Assembly: GCA_032027005.1 (NCBI GenBank)
Contig: JAVSMW010000006.1
Location: 111,268-137,542, forward strand
DNA length: 26,275 nucleotides
Origin: Thermincola sp.
GTDB taxonomy: Bacteria > Bacillota > Thermincolia > Thermincolales > UBA2595
Direction of reading: 5' to 3'
Both the position numbers and the translations under genes were made by a program. The notes under the pieces were generated by a model. That model was not told where the DNA came from. It ran no database searches and saw only the letters and a program-made list of their open reading frames with translations. Below, in pieces: positions 1 to 8,210 of the stretch; position 1 is the stretch's first letter, and every line of letters starts with the position of its first letter.

Positions 1-1
1 A

Positions 2-937
2 GACCTCGATAGCGGGCGGCAGACAATGGGCATCCACCGCATCCAGGTACGCGGTCCAAAACGTCTTGGAGTATACCTGGCCAGCCGGACGTCGACAGAA
101 TTTTACCGTCGGGCAGAAAAAAAGAATATGCCACTGCCCGTAGCCATTGTAGTCGGTGTCCACCCGGCGATTTTAATGGCATCAGTGGCATGGTATCCTT
201 TTGGGGACAAATTGTCCCTGGCCGGGAGCTACCTGGGGGAACCGGTCCGGCTGGTAAAAAGTTTCAGTAGTAGCCTGGAAGTTCCGTCTGAAGCAATGTT
301 TGTCATTGAGGGTGAGATTTTGCCGGGAGTTATGGAAAAGGACGGGCCTTTTGGCGAAAGTTCCGGTGTTTATGTTCCGGACATAACTAATACCATTCAG
401 GTGACCGCAATCACCATGCGGCGTGAACCGATTTTTTCCGCCTTTGTGCCATGGTCAGGCGAAGATGGGCTGGTTTTTTCTCATGCTTACGGCTCTTTTG
501 TTGTGCAAGAATTAAAGCGTTCTTTTCCGGCGGTTATTGGTCAGTGTTTTGATTTTCGATGCGGAGGATTACTGGTGGTCCAGATTGAAAGCATGGCCAG
601 AACCGAAGTGCGGCGTCTCCTTTACCATGTATTGGTCAACAACCCTTATGTGAAACAGGTTGTTGTCGTCAATGGGGATGTCGACATCTTTGATCAACAG
701 GAAGTGAACTGGGCAATTCTGACCCGTAGTCAGCCGGATATTGACTGGCTGATTCTGCCGGATATCCCAGGTTCACCGATTGATCCTTCGACGAGGCAAG
801 GGACGGGGTCCAAAGTGGGAATCGATGCTACTTATCCACCGGAAAAAGAGGAGATCTTTGCCAAAGTTGCACCGCCTGAACAGGCCCGGGCCAGGGCGAA
901 GGAAATTTTGGGCAAGGCCGGTTTTAATGTGGGCTAA
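2..937 (+). CDS. UbiD-family (de)carboxylase, 5'-truncated by window edge
   Basis: Open frame from base 2; C-terminal UbiD features GIHRIQV, PLPVAIVVGVHPA, GEPVRLVK, FVIEGE, DGPFGESSG. Confidence 0.88.
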   Translation, partial: DLDSGRQTMGIHRIQVRGPKRLGVYLASRTSTEFYRRAEKKNMPLPVAIVVGVHPAILMASVAWYPFGDKLSLAGSYLGEPVRLVKSFSSSLEVPSEAMFVIEGEILPGVMEKDGPFGESSGVYVPDITNTIQVTAITMRREPIFSAFVPWSGEDGLVFSHAYGSFVVQELKRSFPAVIGQCFDFRCGGLLVVQIESMARTEVRRLLYHVLVNNPYVKQVVVVNGDVDIFDQQEVNWAILTRSQPDIDWLILPDIPGSPIDPSTRQGTGSKVGIDATYPPEKEEIFAKVAPPEQARARAKEILGKAGFNVG

Positions 938-1115
938 AAAGCTTAGCCTGCTCCAGTTTTGATGTAATGAGTTATTGATGTTATGCTTGTACAAATTTTT
1001 TATCAGGATATTTCGTATGCAAAATAATTCTCTGAAGAAAATCTTTTCGGCGTAAATACCATTGGAAACAGGCGATAATCGCGTTTAAGTGATGAAATGG
1101 AGGAGGGCGCTAAGT

Positions 1116-2540
1116 ATGAATTATAGGCAATTCCTGGATTGTTTAGAACGGCAGGGGGAGTTAAAACAGGTAGACCGGGAAGTGGATTGGAACCTGGAGG
1201 CGGCGGCGGTTTTGGCCATGGTTTACCGGATGGAAGGACCGGCAGTACTGTTCAATAAGATCAAGGGTTATCCGCCGGGATACCGGATGGCCGGAGCTCT
1301 ATACTCGGGACCGCGCCGCCAGCCGTGGCGGAAATTGGCCATGGCGCTGGACATCGACCCCGACGGCGGTTACCGGAAATGGCTGGAGGAGTTTAATCGC
1401 CGCCTGGATCATCCGATCAAACCGGTAGTTGTTCCGGATGGACTCTGCAAGGAAGTAATTCTTACCGGCGAGGAGGCGGATATCTTTAAACTGCCTATTC
1501 CGTACCTGCATTTAGGCGACGGGGGCCGTTACGGCGGCACGCTGCCGGTAACCGTCACGCGTCACCCGGTCCGGGACTGGGTCAACGCCGGCAACTACCG
1601 CTGGATGGCCCATGACAAACACAGGCTGGGTGGAGACTTTCAGCCAGGACAGCATATGGCGGATATGTATTTTGTTTACGAAAAAAAGGGTGAAGCTATG
1701 CCGTTCTGTATGGCCATGGGTGTCAACCCGGCCCTGGATATTGCCGCAGGGGTTTCTTTACCGGTAGGAGCTAATGAATATGACGTGGCGGGGGGACTGC
1801 AGGAAGAGCCTCTCCAACTGGTGAAAGCCGAAACCAACGATCTGCTGGTCCCGGCGGATGCCGAGATCATCATCGAAGGTGAAGTGCGACCGCATGAAAG
1901 GCTCGAAGAAGGTCCCTTCGGCGAGTATGACGGCTTTATGACTACGCGGCTTCCCCAACCGGTCTACCACATTAAAGCTATAACCCACCGCCGGAATCCG
2001 ATCTTGCCGGTAGCTCCGGAAGGGTATCGCTTCAATGATACCGGTGCCATGTCGTGCGCCATCCTCTCGCCGGTCCTGCAGTGGCGGCTGGAAAAAGATG
2101 GCTTTAATGATGTATTGTTTTACAATATCCCGGAGGCTTCCTGGGCGTGGCCGGTGGTGGCCACCAAGCCTATTTCCGATACCGACCTGGGGAAATTAGT
2201 TTCTGCCGTCTGGTCGGTACCGACCATGGGGTGGCTGGATAAACTGTTGCTGGTTGATGAGGATGTGGATATTACCAGTACCGAGGAACTTCTAGAGATT
2301 TTGGGTACCCGCCTGCAAGCGGATCGGGTATATCAGAGCAAACCCAATAAACCCATCTCCTTTATTGCCGCTTGGGCTACAGAAGAAGAGCTGCGGCGGG
2401 GTCTGGCCAACGCTTTGACGTATGATTGTGTTACGCGGCCGGAGGAGGACAAACCGGAGAAAATAACCATTGAAACCCTGTTGACGCCGGCAACGCGGGA
2501 ATGGCTGGACAATTTTTGGCTCCGGGCAGTTTCCCAGTAA
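1116..2540 (+). CDS. UbiD-family (de)carboxylase, canonical residue set (A-type)
   Basis: ATG at 1116 behind GGAGGAGGG; motifs VNAGNYRW, GQH, ANEYDVAGG, AEIIIEGE, EGPFGEYDG. The listed ORF start at 1089 lacks as good an RBS. Confidence 0.93.
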   Translation: MNYRQFLDCLERQGELKQVDREVDWNLEAAAVLAMVYRMEGPAVLFNKIKGYPPGYRMAGALYSGPRRQPWRKLAMALDIDPDGGYRKWLEEFNRRLDHPIKPVVVPDGLCKEVILTGEEADIFKLPIPYLHLGDGGRYGGTLPVTVTRHPVRDWVNAGNYRWMAHDKHRLGGDFQPGQHMADMYFVYEKKGEAMPFCMAMGVNPALDIAAGVSLPVGANEYDVAGGLQEEPLQLVKAETNDLLVPADAEIIIEGEVRPHERLEEGPFGEYDGFMTTRLPQPVYHIKAITHRRNPILPVAPEGYRFNDTGAMSCAILSPVLQWRLEKDGFNDVLFYNIPEASWAWPVVATKPISDTDLGKLVSAVWSVPTMGWLDKLLLVDEDVDITSTEELLEILGTRLQADRVYQSKPNKPISFIAAWATEEELRRGLANALTYDCVTRPEEDKPEKITIETLLTPATREWLDNFWLRAVSQ

Positions 2541-2597
2541 ACGGCGGGAAAGGCCGCAAGATTTACAAGTAAATAAATGAGGTAAAGGAGGATAATT

Positions 2598-4145
2598 ATG
2601 CTTTTCCGGGATTTTCTCGACGAACTTAAGCGCTGCGGTGAATTAACCGAAATAGCGGAAAAGATACATTGGGACCAGGAAGTGGCTGCGGTTACTGCCA
2701 TGTCCCAGCAGAAGGGTGGGGCGGCCCTCCATTTTACTCAAGTGCAGGACGGAAACGGTTCGTCGCTGGTTGGAGCTCTGTTTTCCGGACCGGGTACTTT
2801 ATACGGCAATCCTGGCGGTAGGACCCCTTGGACGAAGATGGCCATCGCGCTCGGTTTTAATCGCGATATTTCCTACGAGGAATTATGCGAGGAGTTACTC
2901 AAACGCCGGGAGCGACCGATGCGCCCTACTGTGGTCTCTTCGGGACCGTGCAAAGAGGTGGTAAAAGTTGACGATGAGGCGAGTCTTGCCGATTTTCCCT
3001 TTCCCAGGCACTACGCCAAGGACGGAGGCCGTTACCTGACGGCGGGCGTACTGGCAGTGAAAGATTATTACGGTCGCTGGGCTAACTGGGGAGTGTATCG
3101 CGCCATGGTGCTTTCGCCACGCGAACTGGTAGTCAACATCAGCCCTGAATCCCAGGCCGGTCGGCTGCTCGCGGAATACGAACAGCACGGCAAGCCGATG
3201 CCCTGCTGCTTCTTTTTAGGAGGTAATCCCGCGGCTTTTGTCGCCGCGGCGGCACCGGTGCCTGAAGGCATCTGGGAGGCGGAAATGGCGGGTGCGTACA
3301 TCCAAAATCCGCTGGAACTGACCAGCGCGGTAACCAACGACCTGCTGATCCCGGCAGATGCCGAAATGGTAATCGAAGGAATGATTATGCCGGGCGAGCG
3401 CCATGCCGAGGGCCCGTTCCCGGAATACGTCAGGTATGCTCCACCCCGGCCCCGGCCAGTGATGCGGATAACTGCAATTACCCACCGCAAAAGTCCGGTG
3501 CTTCCATTCGTAGCCGAAGGTTGCAAGGTGAGTGATTCCATGGCGCTGCGCTCAGTGCTGGCTTCCGTTGAACTGCTGTACAAAGTGCGCACTCAGACCC
3601 AGCTTCGGGTCAGGTGGATCTACCTGCCGGTAGAGAGTCGGCTTTCAATTTGCGTGGTCGGGTGTGATCCTTTCTATCGGGGGCACAACTTCTGGGTAGC
3701 CAATGTACTTAGCCGGTACAAGGAGATGGCCTGGTTTGACAAAATCCTGATGGTGGACAGCGACATTAATCCGTCGGACATGACGGAAGTAGTAAACGAT
3801 TGGGCTCAGAAAACCAGGCCCGAAAAAGGTTATGGCTTCTGGGCGGAAGAATATTCCCACGCTGCTGGGCGCACCGCCGCTTATGCCGGGGAAGGGGAAC
3901 CGACGCGAACGGTTGTCTGGGACTGTTGCTGGGACGATAGCTGGAAAAAAGAACAGATCAGGGCCAGGGTCAGTTTTGAAAGCTCCTTCCCGACGGAACT
4001 CCAGGAGAAGGTGGTCAGTTTCTGGCCCGAGTACGGGCTGCCCGGCAAACCGTTTAAAAAACTTGTAGAGCCTTCCTGGACCCGCGGGCCGCTGCACCCG
4101 CCTGAATTCACAAAAATACCGGGAATAGGAGGTGAAGACCAGTGA
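2598..4145 (+). CDS. UbiD-family (de)carboxylase paralog, B-type
   Basis: AAAGGAGGATAATTATG start; RWANWGVYRAM, AEMVIEG, EGPFPEYVR; C-terminus RARVSFESSFPTELQEK shared with ORF 8211-9707. Confidence 0.9.
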   Translation: MLFRDFLDELKRCGELTEIAEKIHWDQEVAAVTAMSQQKGGAALHFTQVQDGNGSSLVGALFSGPGTLYGNPGGRTPWTKMAIALGFNRDISYEELCEELLKRRERPMRPTVVSSGPCKEVVKVDDEASLADFPFPRHYAKDGGRYLTAGVLAVKDYYGRWANWGVYRAMVLSPRELVVNISPESQAGRLLAEYEQHGKPMPCCFFLGGNPAAFVAAAAPVPEGIWEAEMAGAYIQNPLELTSAVTNDLLIPADAEMVIEGMIMPGERHAEGPFPEYVRYAPPRPRPVMRITAITHRKSPVLPFVAEGCKVSDSMALRSVLASVELLYKVRTQTQLRVRWIYLPVESRLSICVVGCDPFYRGHNFWVANVLSRYKEMAWFDKILMVDSDINPSDMTEVVNDWAQKTRPEKGYGFWAEEYSHAAGRTAAYAGEGEPTRTVVWDCCWDDSWKKEQIRARVSFESSFPTELQEKVVSFWPEYGLPGKPFKKLVEPSWTRGPLHPPEFTKIPGIGGEDQ

Positions 4146-5074
4146 GCGAAAAACATGCTGCCGGATTACGGGAGTTGCAGGCGGTAAATATCAGCATGAG
4201 CTGCGATCTTGCTTGCGAGCGCTGCGAACGGTTTTTTGACTGCGAGGCTCCCCAGAAGCACGATATCTACAAGCGGGGGCGGATGGAAAAAGCCCGCCGG
4301 AATATGGAAAGAGTGCGCTATAAAATAGCTATTGTTGGGGGAAAGGGCGGGGTTGGCAAATCGACCCTGACGGCTAACCTGGCCTGTGCTCTGGCTAACG
4401 ACGGTAACCGGACCAGCGTTCTGGACCAGGATTTCGACGGGCCGACCATTCCGCGCATGCTGGGGGTAACTGATAAAAAAATGATGTTTTCCGAAAAGGG
4501 CATCCAGCCCGTGGAGGGGATATTGGGGATCCAGGTGGTTTCGACAGGCTGTGTTGTCGGCACCGATGAGGTGCTGACCTGGTTTCATGACATGCGGCGG
4601 GGCGCCACTGAGGAATTCCTGGCTCACGTGGATTACGGGGAACGGGATTACCTGCTGATCGACCTGCCGCCAGGGACCAGCTCGGATTCGGTAAACCTTA
4701 TGCAGTATATTCCCGACCTGGCCGGGGCAATTATTATTACCGTTCCCTCTGATGTATCCCAGGTAGTGGCCCGCAAGGCCGCACTGCTCTGCGGGAAAGC
4801 GGGAGTACCGATTCTGGGTGTGGTTGAAAACATGAGCGGGTTTGTTTGTCCTGACTGCGGGCGAGTAGTCAATATTTTCCGTAGCGGAGGAGGAGAAAAA
4901 CTCGCCGAATCTCTGGGTGTTCCTTTCATGGGGAATATTCCCCTTGATGCCAAGCTCAGTGATGCGGCGGACAGTGGCCGACCTTATGTCTTAGATTACC
5001 CGGATAGCCCTGCGTCCAAAGCTTTGCAAGGGATAGCTGCTTACTTGAGGGAGATACTGGAAAAGAAGAATTAA
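4142..5074 (+). CDS. Mrp/NBP35-like P-loop ATPase with N-terminal CX3CX2CX5C motif
   Basis: GGKGGVGKST deviant Walker A, DYLLIDLPPGTSS, CPDC; N-terminus CDLACERCERFFDC; GTG start overlaps the upstream TGA by 4 nt. Confidence 0.92.
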   Translation: MSEKHAAGLRELQAVNISMSCDLACERCERFFDCEAPQKHDIYKRGRMEKARRNMERVRYKIAIVGGKGGVGKSTLTANLACALANDGNRTSVLDQDFDGPTIPRMLGVTDKKMMFSEKGIQPVEGILGIQVVSTGCVVGTDEVLTWFHDMRRGATEEFLAHVDYGERDYLLIDLPPGTSSDSVNLMQYIPDLAGAIIITVPSDVSQVVARKAALLCGKAGVPILGVVENMSGFVCPDCGRVVNIFRSGGGEKLAESLGVPFMGNIPLDAKLSDAADSGRPYVLDYPDSPASKALQGIAAYLREILEKKN

Positions 5075-5082
5075 TTTTTTAT

Positions 5083-5106
5083 GGCCGGTTGAGGTATCGA
5101 CCGGCC
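5083..5106 (+). terminator. Hairpin after the first UbiD/Mrp operon, possible terminator
   Basis: GGCCGGT-(10 nt)-ACCGGCC stem followed by TGCTATTTTG; T tract is short. Confidence 0.5.
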
Positions 5107-5176
5107 TGCTATTTTGTGCGCTCGTTATGGTTGTTAAAAGTTAAAAAAAGAAAATAATCTTGTCTTAAGAGGTTAG

Positions 5177-5397
5177 AACCGTTAAAGCTTAATTTTGTCC
5201 AATTTAACCTATGATTTGTGCAGTTGCCAACTTAATAATTGTCTAAATGCAAAGATGTTATATAATTAAAACACACTTAATCTGGAAATTAACAAAATAA
5301 TAATAGCATTAAATTAGCGTGCGAACTGGGACCTGTTGTGGCGGGGGAGTGAATGGATTCGGCGGTTTGATTGCAAAACAAGTTCGTATACGAACAA
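5177..5397 (+). repeat. Direct repeat copy 1: promoter-bearing region fused to the 3' part of a small-ORF relative
   Basis: 5177-5326 matches 5671-5819 (AACCGTTAAA...TTTGTGCAGTTGCCAAC...GATGTTATATAATTAA...TAGCGTGCGAAC), then TGGGACCTGTTGTGGCGGGGG...GTTCGTATACGAAC matches the region after 5988. Confidence 0.85.
5239..5266 (+). promoter_or_regulatory. Sigma-A-like promoter, copy 1
   Basis: TTGTCT, 16 nt spacer, TATAAT. Confidence 0.5.
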
Positions 5398-5424
5398 AAC
5401 TGGTGAATATTTAATACATATAAA

Positions 5425-5646
5425 GTGATTTCCGGCTATAAAATAAATGAACTCCAGATATGGTCTAATATCAGGGAACGGCAAAAAATGCTCGAAATAT
5501 TACAGGAATGGGAATGCGTAGATAACTTTGAACACTGTATTCGTAGAAAATCCGGAGAAACAATTTGTGAGATACTTGCGGTGTGGCTTATGACAATGAC
5601 AAGTATCACAGTTTCAGAGTGTTTTAGGAAGAAAAAAAGGGGGTAG
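5425..5646 (+). pseudogene. Remnant of a PAS domain protein
   Basis: NELQIWSNIRERQKMLEILQEWECVDNFEHCIRRKSGETICEILA resembles the C-terminal half of PAS domains (..LW.NPEDRQ..LE.L...G.V.NFE...RRKDG....); no full domain or obvious RBS. Confidence 0.45.
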
Positions 5647-5670
5647 ATGAAAATGAAAATAAATACTATT

Positions 5671-6064
5671 AACCGTTAAATCTCAATTTTGTTCAATTTA
5701 ACCTAAGATTTGTGCAGTTGCCAACAAAATAATTGCCTAGAAATAACGATGTTATATAATTAAACCATACATAAATCTGGAAACTGAAAAAAATAATAGT
5801 ATTTAACTAGCGTGCGAACAATTTGTGAACAGGAGGTGAAATTGATGTTTAAAAAACAAAATACTACAATACCTAAAATGGGAGAAAAACTAGCAAAAAT
5901 TACCGAAGCAATTGCCGAAAAGGAAAACTCAAGAATCGAAGAAAAAACTTACCGTAGAAATTGTTATGAGGTTTTTCCATTTCTGACTGGAACCTGTTGT
6001 GGCGGGGGAGGGGATGGATTCGGCGGTTTGTTTGATTACAAAACTAGTTCGTATACAAACAAAA
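5671..6064 (+). repeat. Direct repeat copy 2: promoter region plus intact small ORF
   Basis: Contains the same promoter-like block as 5177-5326 plus 168 bp (5820-5987) absent from copy 1. Confidence 0.82.
5733..5760 (+). promoter_or_regulatory. Sigma-A-like promoter, copy 2
   Basis: TTGCCT, 16 nt spacer, TATAAT; both boxes present in both repeat copies. Confidence 0.55.
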
Positions 6065-6069
6065 ACTAG
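5845..6069 (+). CDS. Small Cys/Gly-rich peptide (74 aa)
   Basis: AGGAGGTGAAATTG-ATG start; MFKKQNTTIPKMGEK...RRNCYEVFPFLTGTCCGGGGDGFGGLFDYKTSSYTNKN. Confidence 0.6.
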   Translation: MFKKQNTTIPKMGEKLAKITEAIAEKENSRIEEKTYRRNCYEVFPFLTGTCCGGGGDGFGGLFDYKTSSYTNKN

Positions 6070-6082
6070 TTCGTATACAAAC
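6040..6082 (+). repeat. Tandem repeat, two 21-nt units AAAACTAGTTCGTATACAAAC at 22 bp period
   Basis: Identical units at 6040-6060 and 6062-6082; each holds the near-palindrome GTTCGTATACAAAC. Confidence 0.85.
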
Positions 6083-6277
6083 AAAAAAAGTTCTCGCACA
6101 ATCAAAAATTATTCGCATCCGAAGCTAGGATAAGTTTTCGGGACCAGGGTGGCGAAAATGTGTGGGAAATTTAAATAAAAATAATATTTGCCAATTTAAG
6201 AAGGGGGTGAAGCTTATGTTGTGAAGAACTTCAGTGGAGCCCGAATAAAACACATTAATAGGAGGTGCACAACTTTA

Positions 6278-7822
6278 ATGGCAGTAAAAAGAATTGATGA
6301 TCTGAGAGATTACCTTGATGTTCTGGATCAAATGGGTGAAATATGTCATGTTAAGGATGAAGTTGACTGGAAACTGGAAATGACGGGAATTGGAGCTATG
6401 TCCAACCGTATCGACGACAAAATCCCACTCTTTGAAAACATTAAAGGCTACCCCAAAGGTACCAGGGCGTCAACTGACCTCTACCGTGGCAGCCACGGAG
6501 CTTTGTGGCGGCGGATGGCCTTGTCCATCGGCTTATCCCCGGAAATTTCCTATTCAGATTACATGGATGAATACATTAACCGTTTCAATCACCCGATCCG
6601 CCCCATTGCCGTGGATAAGGGTTCATGCCAGGACGTTGTACTGATCGGGAAAGATGTCGATGTTTTAAAAACACTTCCGGTTCCGTATATCCACGACGGT
6701 GACGGCGGTCGTTACCTGACCATGCACGCGATGATTGTCAAGGATCCTGATTCGGAATGGGTCAACTGGGCCAATTACCGTGCACTAGTTAATACCAAGA
6801 ATAAGATCAGCTTTCTCTTCTGCCCTGGCCAGCAAAACCCCAACCTTTACTATTATAAGTATGAAGCTAGGAACCAGCCCATGCCGGTTGCCATAGCCAT
6901 TGGCGGGCACCCTGCGGTTTGGTATATGGCCACAACTCCATTGCCAGCAGGGGTCAGTGAGGTCGATTATATCGGCGGCATGATCCAAAAACCGGTTGAG
7001 TTGGTCAAGTGCGTGACGAATGATCTTTATGTGCCAGCAAATGCGGAGTATGTGATTGAGGGCGTTATGATGCCCCACGAACGCATTGATGAAGGTCCGT
7101 TCGGTGAGTATCTTGGTTACATGCACGGCCCGCGCCGTCCGATGCCTTTTGTTCGGGCTACGGCCATTACCCACCGGAAAAACCCGATCCTGCCGATCTG
7201 CGTTGAGGGAACCGGGGTAGGGGAGTCGAATAACGTCTGCAATACCAGTTTCAACGCTCTGTTAACCCCAGCGCTAATGGTTTTCCTGCGGCAGCTAGGT
7301 TATCCGGTCAAGTTTGTAACTGGTCCCGAACTTAACGCGTGGTCATCCCTGATTGCGGCTACCAAAATTCCTTATCCCGGGTATGCCAAAGAATTAGGCG
7401 AACTGCTACTGACCTGTCCCGGACCTTCCATGTACTATGACCTTACTTTCCTAGTGGATGAAGATATTGACATTACCGATATGGAAAAAGTTTGGGAAGA
7501 AATTGTTTTAAAAGCCCATCCAACAAAGGATTGGAATAACTTCGGCGACGCTGAAGCGCCAAGGTCGTCGCTGAATATCTACCAGACAGCCGAAGAAAAA
7601 GGAGCCCTAGCTAAGGCGTCCTCCAAGGGAAAAACGTCAAAATGCTGGATTGACGCCACAACCAAGGAATGGAACGAAACTACGGACGGACCGAAACGCA
7701 TGGAGTTCGATCTTTTATATCCGACCACTAAGGATTGGGTGACCAGCAACAAAGAAAAATACGACCTGCCAAAATATAAGGATTTCCGTGAGGAAGGTTT
7801 ACGCTGGATTGAACAAAAATAA
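6278..7822 (+). CDS. UbiD-family (de)carboxylase, A-type
   Basis: AGGAGGTG RBS before ATG 6278 (57 nt inside the listed ORF); EWVNWANYRAL, GVSEVDYIGG, AEYVIEG, EGPFGEYLG. Confidence 0.92.
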   Translation: MAVKRIDDLRDYLDVLDQMGEICHVKDEVDWKLEMTGIGAMSNRIDDKIPLFENIKGYPKGTRASTDLYRGSHGALWRRMALSIGLSPEISYSDYMDEYINRFNHPIRPIAVDKGSCQDVVLIGKDVDVLKTLPVPYIHDGDGGRYLTMHAMIVKDPDSEWVNWANYRALVNTKNKISFLFCPGQQNPNLYYYKYEARNQPMPVAIAIGGHPAVWYMATTPLPAGVSEVDYIGGMIQKPVELVKCVTNDLYVPANAEYVIEGVMMPHERIDEGPFGEYLGYMHGPRRPMPFVRATAITHRKNPILPICVEGTGVGESNNVCNTSFNALLTPALMVFLRQLGYPVKFVTGPELNAWSSLIAATKIPYPGYAKELGELLLTCPGPSMYYDLTFLVDEDIDITDMEKVWEEIVLKAHPTKDWNNFGDAEAPRSSLNIYQTAEEKGALAKASSKGKTSKCWIDATTKEWNETTDGPKRMEFDLLYPTTKDWVTSNKEKYDLPKYKDFREEGLRWIEQK

Positions 7823-7888
7823 GGTCGGGTTATAATATCCAGACCTTAAAAACCAAAACATCAAAATATAGGAGGTGCATAGTTAGAT

Positions 7889-8185
7889 ATGGCCAAGTAT
7901 GAGATGTGGGTTAAAGAGCTAAAAAGATTCAGGAATGAAATTCAGGATGGGACACCGGTAAAAGTGGATGTTCGAGACGAGAGCCTGAACTGGCATGCAG
8001 TGATAGCCATTATTTCGGAAACCCCGATCAAGGATGGAGTAGAAACAGTGATAGTTGGGGAAGGTGGACCGGTTTCCTATGTCAACAAGCCGGTATACCT
8101 TAAAATTGTCGAAGAACTGGACGAAGACGACCAATATGTTATCAAAGATATGGACAGATACAACAAAAGACTGGGTGATGTCTAA
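7889..8185 (+). CDS. Small protein (98 aa) between two UbiD genes, candidate carboxylase accessory subunit
   Basis: AGGAGGTG RBS, position between the A and B UbiD paralogs; function inferred from context only. Confidence 0.7.
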   Translation: MAKYEMWVKELKRFRNEIQDGTPVKVDVRDESLNWHAVIAIISETPIKDGVETVIVGEGGPVSYVNKPVYLKIVEELDEDDQYVIKDMDRYNKRLGDV

Positions 8186-8210
8186 TAATAAGCAGGAGGT
8201 GTAGTCATAA

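Noticed and set aside
3068-3592. Long antisense ORFs opposite UbiD genes (for example 3068-3592, 3645-4097 and 11787-12239 minus)
   Set aside because: They mirror well-supported plus-strand genes and have no recognisable domains; typical shadow ORFs.
6040-6082. Short tandem repeat that could suggest a CRISPR array
   Set aside because: Only two units with a 1-nt gap and no spacers or cas genes; better read as duplicated operator-like sites.
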